A program made the translations under genes and the position numbers. Under the pieces are notes generated by a model. That model saw nothing but the letters and a program-made list of their open reading frames with translations, ran no database searches and was not told the DNA's origin. Below, piece after piece: positions 60,534 to 64,000 of a stretch of 64,000 nt of DNA. Numbering within the stretch: position 1 is the first letter of the stretch; every line of letters begins with the position of its first letter. Origin of the DNA: an uncultured virus (IMG/VR IMGVR_UViG_3300021400_001516) (lineage: Duplodnaviria; Heunggongvirae; Uroviricota; Caudoviricetes); the IMG/VR virus record IMGVR_UViG_3300021400_001516. One strand, given 5' to 3'.

Positions 60534-61817
60534 ATGTATACAGTTGATTCATTTTTAGAAAAACTTAGTTCAATTTCTCCCAGTACAAAGAAAAGAAATT
60601 TTGAGAGTAAGAAACTAATTCAAAGAGTTTACTGTAATTTCAAGGGAAATTTTGGAAAATATCAGATCCTTCCCTTCCCTAGTGCAATTACTAACTATCC
60701 CTTTGTAGTTCTTGAGAATACAAGAGAGATCAATATTCCAAGAAAAAATATTGCAGCTGATGGTACAGTTTCGCAGTACAATGCTTGGATTAAGATACTT
60801 CCTGTATCTGCTTATCAGGTAAAAGATCCTTCAAGTGGTCGTGTGACTAATAGTCTTACGGCAGAGGAGGAAGCTCAGCTTAAACAAGTTTATGCTGTTT
60901 GGGAAGAGCTTTACAAAGAGGTAGATGGTAAGAATAACACGATCGATCCGGTAATCAGTAAGTTGATTCGTAGAAAGAATTATACGATTTTCCATGGATA
61001 TTGTGTTAATATGTTCGAAGAAGGGGATCCTAGAAAAGCTGCTAGGCAGAATTTCAGCGCACTTTTCATTATGACCGCGAAGAATTTTGTTGACATTGTA
61101 AGTAACAATATTGTTGACAATAACATTATGAACGGTAATAACCCCGGTTGGCTGAATGACATCTATAGTTCAGACCTTACCGGAAGAAAGGGTTTCATGA
61201 TGATGTCAGTATCTCAGAATGTAGGAGGTCCTGGTTTCAATATCTCGGTAAATCATGTTTTAAATGATACTTTCCTTCAGGGCGTAACGATTCCTGAGGA
61301 GGAAGCAGCTGAGATGCAGAACCCAGTGGAGACTTTTCTGGGATGGCAGGCACGTACAGAAGATGCTGATGTTCCTACAGAGGAAAGAAGACTGTATAAT
61401 GCTAAGATCATGCAGGAGGCAATCGATTATATGACTGATCTTCTTGCTCGAATTAGAATGGGTAAGCAGAATAACACTAGTATCCAGGAGGCTATTAGTG
61501 CTACTACTAAGTTGTTGATGGAAAATCAACAGCCCACCGATACGAGAGGAAATCAGTTTAATGATCCTGTCTTAGCAGACTTGGCTGAGAAACAGCAGCC
61601 GGCAGCAGGTTATGGATTTGCTAATGTACCTAATAATCCCGAACAAGTTCAAGAGAAGAACTTTAGTTCGGATCCCTTTAGCAATCCCGCAGTAAGCCAT
61701 CAAGATCCTATTACGGGATCTCCGGTAGCGGCAGAGCCTACAAGAGAGGTACCTTTCAATAGGCCTTCATTTGCAGGTGGTACTGATTCTGGATTTCCAT
61801 TTTCCAGTAATAAGTAA
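60534..61817 (+). CDS. Probable single-stranded DNA-binding protein (gp32-like)
   Basis: N-terminal GKYQILPF pattern, disordered P/acidic tail ending in FPF, replication-gene context, gene-32-like leader. Confidence 0.45.
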   Translation: MYTVDSFLEKLSSISPSTKKRNFESKKLIQRVYCNFKGNFGKYQILPFPSAITNYPFVVLENTREINIPRKNIAADGTVSQYNAWIKILPVSAYQVKDPSSGRVTNSLTAEEEAQLKQVYAVWEELYKEVDGKNNTIDPVISKLIRRKNYTIFHGYCVNMFEEGDPRKAARQNFSALFIMTAKNFVDIVSNNIVDNNIMNGNNPGWLNDIYSSDLTGRKGFMMMSVSQNVGGPGFNISVNHVLNDTFLQGVTIPEEEAAEMQNPVETFLGWQARTEDADVPTEERRLYNAKIMQEAIDYMTDLLARIRMGKQNNTSIQEAISATTKLLMENQQPTDTRGNQFNDPVLADLAEKQQPAAGYGFANVPNNPEQVQEKNFSSDPFSNPAVSHQDPITGSPVAAEPTREVPFNRPSFAGGTDSGFPFSSNK

Positions 61818-61901
61818 TAGAATTTAGTTAGTTAATAAGAATTTGGACGAGGGAGTAATTTTTGGAATATAGAATCTACTCCCTCATCTTTTTTACAAAG
61901 A

Positions 61902-62963
61902 ATGATTGAAAATAAATTTAAGTATGCTATAATAGATCTTAGCATGCTTCTTTATAGGAATAGCTGGGTTGTTAGTAAAGGAAAAAACCCAGGTGAGTAT
62001 TCTGCTGGTGAAATAATTCAGATGACAATATGGTCCCTGAATAAATTCGCTAGAGATTACGGAATTACGGCAGATAAATTTGTTTTTGCCGTAGATAAAT
62101 GGGATCCTGCTTGGAATGGATACTATACTACTTATCTTCTTGGTGGAGCTTATAAAGACTCTAGAGGAGATATTGAAAGTGCAAAGGGGAAAGCAGATCC
62201 CCTCAGTACTTATATGACTCGAGAAAAATTCGAAGAACTTAAAAAAGATCCTTCAATTACTTCCGAGATCTTAGAAGAGGCAGAGAAGAAAGTATATTTT
62301 AATGAAACAAAGCAGTCTGCAAAGTTCGCATTAATGTACGAGATGGGAAAGTTTGGTGTTCCGTCAATATTTCTTCCAGGATATGAAGCTGATAATCTTA
62401 TGTATCTCGCCTCCATGCTTTTATATGATCCAGCGGATAAACCGAGTGTGATGATTACTAAGGACTCAGATATTAGTTATTGTACTTCTCCAAAGATGTT
62501 ACAATTCAAGATGCCCGTAGGAAAATCAGAACCAAAGTTTATTACATACGAAGAGATGTATTCAGAGATGCCACAAGAAATAAAAGATATGGGTATTTCT
62601 CTTTATCAATACAAAGCTTTTTTGGATTCTATGGGAGCCGAAGGTCATAATGGAATGAGAAAATCCGTTAAGGATAGAGTTAATGCAGTAGAGGCTATTC
62701 AACATATCATGAACGGAGATTATTCAGACCTAGAAGATTATGATCTTTTTGCAAGACAGATGGAAACTTTTGATATTTCTAAGTATCCGAGATTTGAAGA
62801 AGCTAAGAGACAGATTCTTGATATTCTTCCGACTACAGGTAACTTAGGAACTCTTCAGGATTTCCATAAATTCTGTGATAAATACGGTATTACTAAAGTG
62901 AGTGATCGATATTACACAGAATTCATTAGTAGGTTTGATCCTACGTTATATTGTGGTCGTTAA
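61902..62963 (+). CDS. 5'-3' exonuclease/flap endonuclease (T4 RNase H/PolI N-terminal family)
   Basis: IIDLS, YKDSR, GYEADN, TKDSD. Confidence 0.8.
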   Translation: MIENKFKYAIIDLSMLLYRNSWVVSKGKNPGEYSAGEIIQMTIWSLNKFARDYGITADKFVFAVDKWDPAWNGYYTTYLLGGAYKDSRGDIESAKGKADPLSTYMTREKFEELKKDPSITSEILEEAEKKVYFNETKQSAKFALMYEMGKFGVPSIFLPGYEADNLMYLASMLLYDPADKPSVMITKDSDISYCTSPKMLQFKMPVGKSEPKFITYEEMYSEMPQEIKDMGISLYQYKAFLDSMGAEGHNGMRKSVKDRVNAVEAIQHIMNGDYSDLEDYDLFARQMETFDISKYPRFEEAKRQILDILPTTGNLGTLQDFHKFCDKYGITKVSDRYYTEFISRFDPTLYCGR

Positions 62964-63177
62964 TATGGAAGAATTCGTAAGTGGAAAAGATTACTATCAA
63001 TTTGACCCAGAAAAGGAAAGAATTTATAAGAACAATACCCTCCTTCCCTCTTATGAAGTAGAGCCTGTCTATGATGGGGGAGGAGGATTTGTAGGAATTC
63101 ACTATAAAGGGTCTAGTAATTTAATTACTAAATCTGGAAAAGTGATTGTCTTAACTTCTGATGCAGAAATTAGTTAA
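62902..63177 (+). CDS. Hypothetical protein (true start probably MEEFV)
   Basis: ORF track. Confidence 0.5.
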   Translation: MIDITQNSLVGLILRYIVVVNMEEFVSGKDYYQFDPEKERIYKNNTLLPSYEVEPVYDGGGGFVGIHYKGSSNLITKSGKVIVLTSDAEIS

Positions 63178-63182
63178 ACATC

Positions 63183-63704
63183 ATGGCTAATATAATTGAT
63201 AAAATTTTTAAGCCAAGATATACAATTTCTGAGTTATTATCCATAGATCAGGGGAGACAGGCAAGAGCTGCAAATTGTAGAGTGACTTTGATAAATACTT
63301 TCTATTCCATTAAGGAGGAAACTCTGATGGATAAAGTTAGGTCTTTTTTAAATAAATCTCCAAGAAGACAAGTATTTTATATAACTTTTAAATTTCAAGT
63401 AAAATCAGATACTGGAAATGTACATAACGTATATATCCAGGTTGATCCAGACTTTGATCTTAATAAAGGAGGATCAAATCATGTAAGAATATATTGTGGT
63501 TGTGCAGATTTTAAATATAGATCTGCATATGCCCTTGGACAAAGAAATTCTTTATTTTTAAACGGTAGGACTCTAAGTGATCTAGGTGATTCTTGGAAAA
63601 CTGCAGGAACTGGAAAAGCGGGACAATCTTTACTCTGTAAACATGCTTTTGCTTCGCTTAACTGGTTAATGAGTCACTACTCTAACATAATGAGAAATAT
63701 ATGA
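63183..63704 (+). CDS. SWIM zinc-finger protein
   Basis: CGCADF...LCKH. Confidence 0.75.
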   Translation: MANIIDKIFKPRYTISELLSIDQGRQARAANCRVTLINTFYSIKEETLMDKVRSFLNKSPRRQVFYITFKFQVKSDTGNVHNVYIQVDPDFDLNKGGSNHVRIYCGCADFKYRSAYALGQRNSLFLNGRTLSDLGDSWKTAGTGKAGQSLLCKHAFASLNWLMSHYSNIMRNI

Positions 63705-64000
63705 GTAAAATTCTGGCTATATCAGATATTCACATTCACGATTATCCACAGAGAAACCCAAGCGAAAAATATAGATTATATCAAACTAAATTAGTAACTC
63801 AAAATATTTTAGAAGTAGCTCAACGAGAGGGGACTGAGATTCTTGTAATTGCAGGAGATGTTATGGATAAGTGGAACCCCCGTCCGTATGTGCAGGCGGA
63901 GATTAAACTTTTCCTTGATACTCTCATGTCTTATTTTAAAGAAGGTTACATTATTTGGGGAAATCATGATCAAGATAATAAAACTGAAAATTCTGATTTC
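63701..64000 (+). CDS. Mre11/SbcD-like metallophosphoesterase, partial at window edge
   Basis: Own translation: MSKILAISDIH...IAGDVMD...WGNHD. Confidence 0.8.
   Translation, partial: MSKILAISDIHIHDYPQRNPSEKYRLYQTKLVTQNILEVAQREGTEILVIAGDVMDKWNPRPYVQAEIKLFLDTLMSYFKEGYIIWGNHDQDNKTENSDF

Noticed and set aside
5744..62416. Numerous short ORFs nested in or antisense to long genes (e.g. 5744-6013, 9604-10107, 10918-11358, 24442-24819, 37428-37739, 61260-61529)
   Set aside because: Shadow frames of well-supported genes, without promoters or motifs
1..64000. Stop-codon reassignment as in Lak or some crAss-like phages
   Set aside because: Conserved genes are full length in the standard code, and TAG and TGA both end genes before terminators or overlaps
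1..64000. CRISPR array, tRNA or rRNA genes
   Set aside because: No regularly spaced repeats or cloverleaf/T-loop signatures seen by eye; tRNAscan-SE and ARAGORN were not run

Overview
A 64-kb, AT-rich, gene-dense segment of a large (jumbo-type) dsDNA bacteriophage read in the standard code. The host is most likely Bacteroidota: Shine-Dalgarno motifs are generally absent, there is a Bacteroidota-type lipoprotein and tail-associated domain, and hsp20 has a sigma54 promoter. Recognisable genes cover DNA metabolism (type IIA topoisomerase B and A, NAD+ ligase, RNase HI, 5'-3' exonuclease, dUTPase, probable SSB, Mre11/SbcD-like nuclease, SF2 helicase-like protein), proteostasis (GroES/GroEL, Hsp20, soluble AAA+/M41 protease, MoxR AAA + metallopeptidase-VWA) and a ParM-like actin. 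Several enzyme homologues appear to have lost catalytic residues. Nearly every transcription unit on both strands starts at one motif, (C)CTTATA(T/A), often only 3-6 nt before an ATG. Using this motif plus terminators as boundaries reveals non-coding units that the ORF track misses: an ~540-nt ornate, pseudoknotted RNA (27224-27760), a tandem pair of small RNAs with mutual complementarity (4201-4453), and two further structured RNAs (50626-50770, 51095-51500). There is also a T4 gene-32-like pseudoknot plus AU-rich operator in front of the putative SSB. No tRNA, rRNA, CRISPR array or intact mobile element was seen. All protein calls are from motif recognition by eye; no database searches were run.
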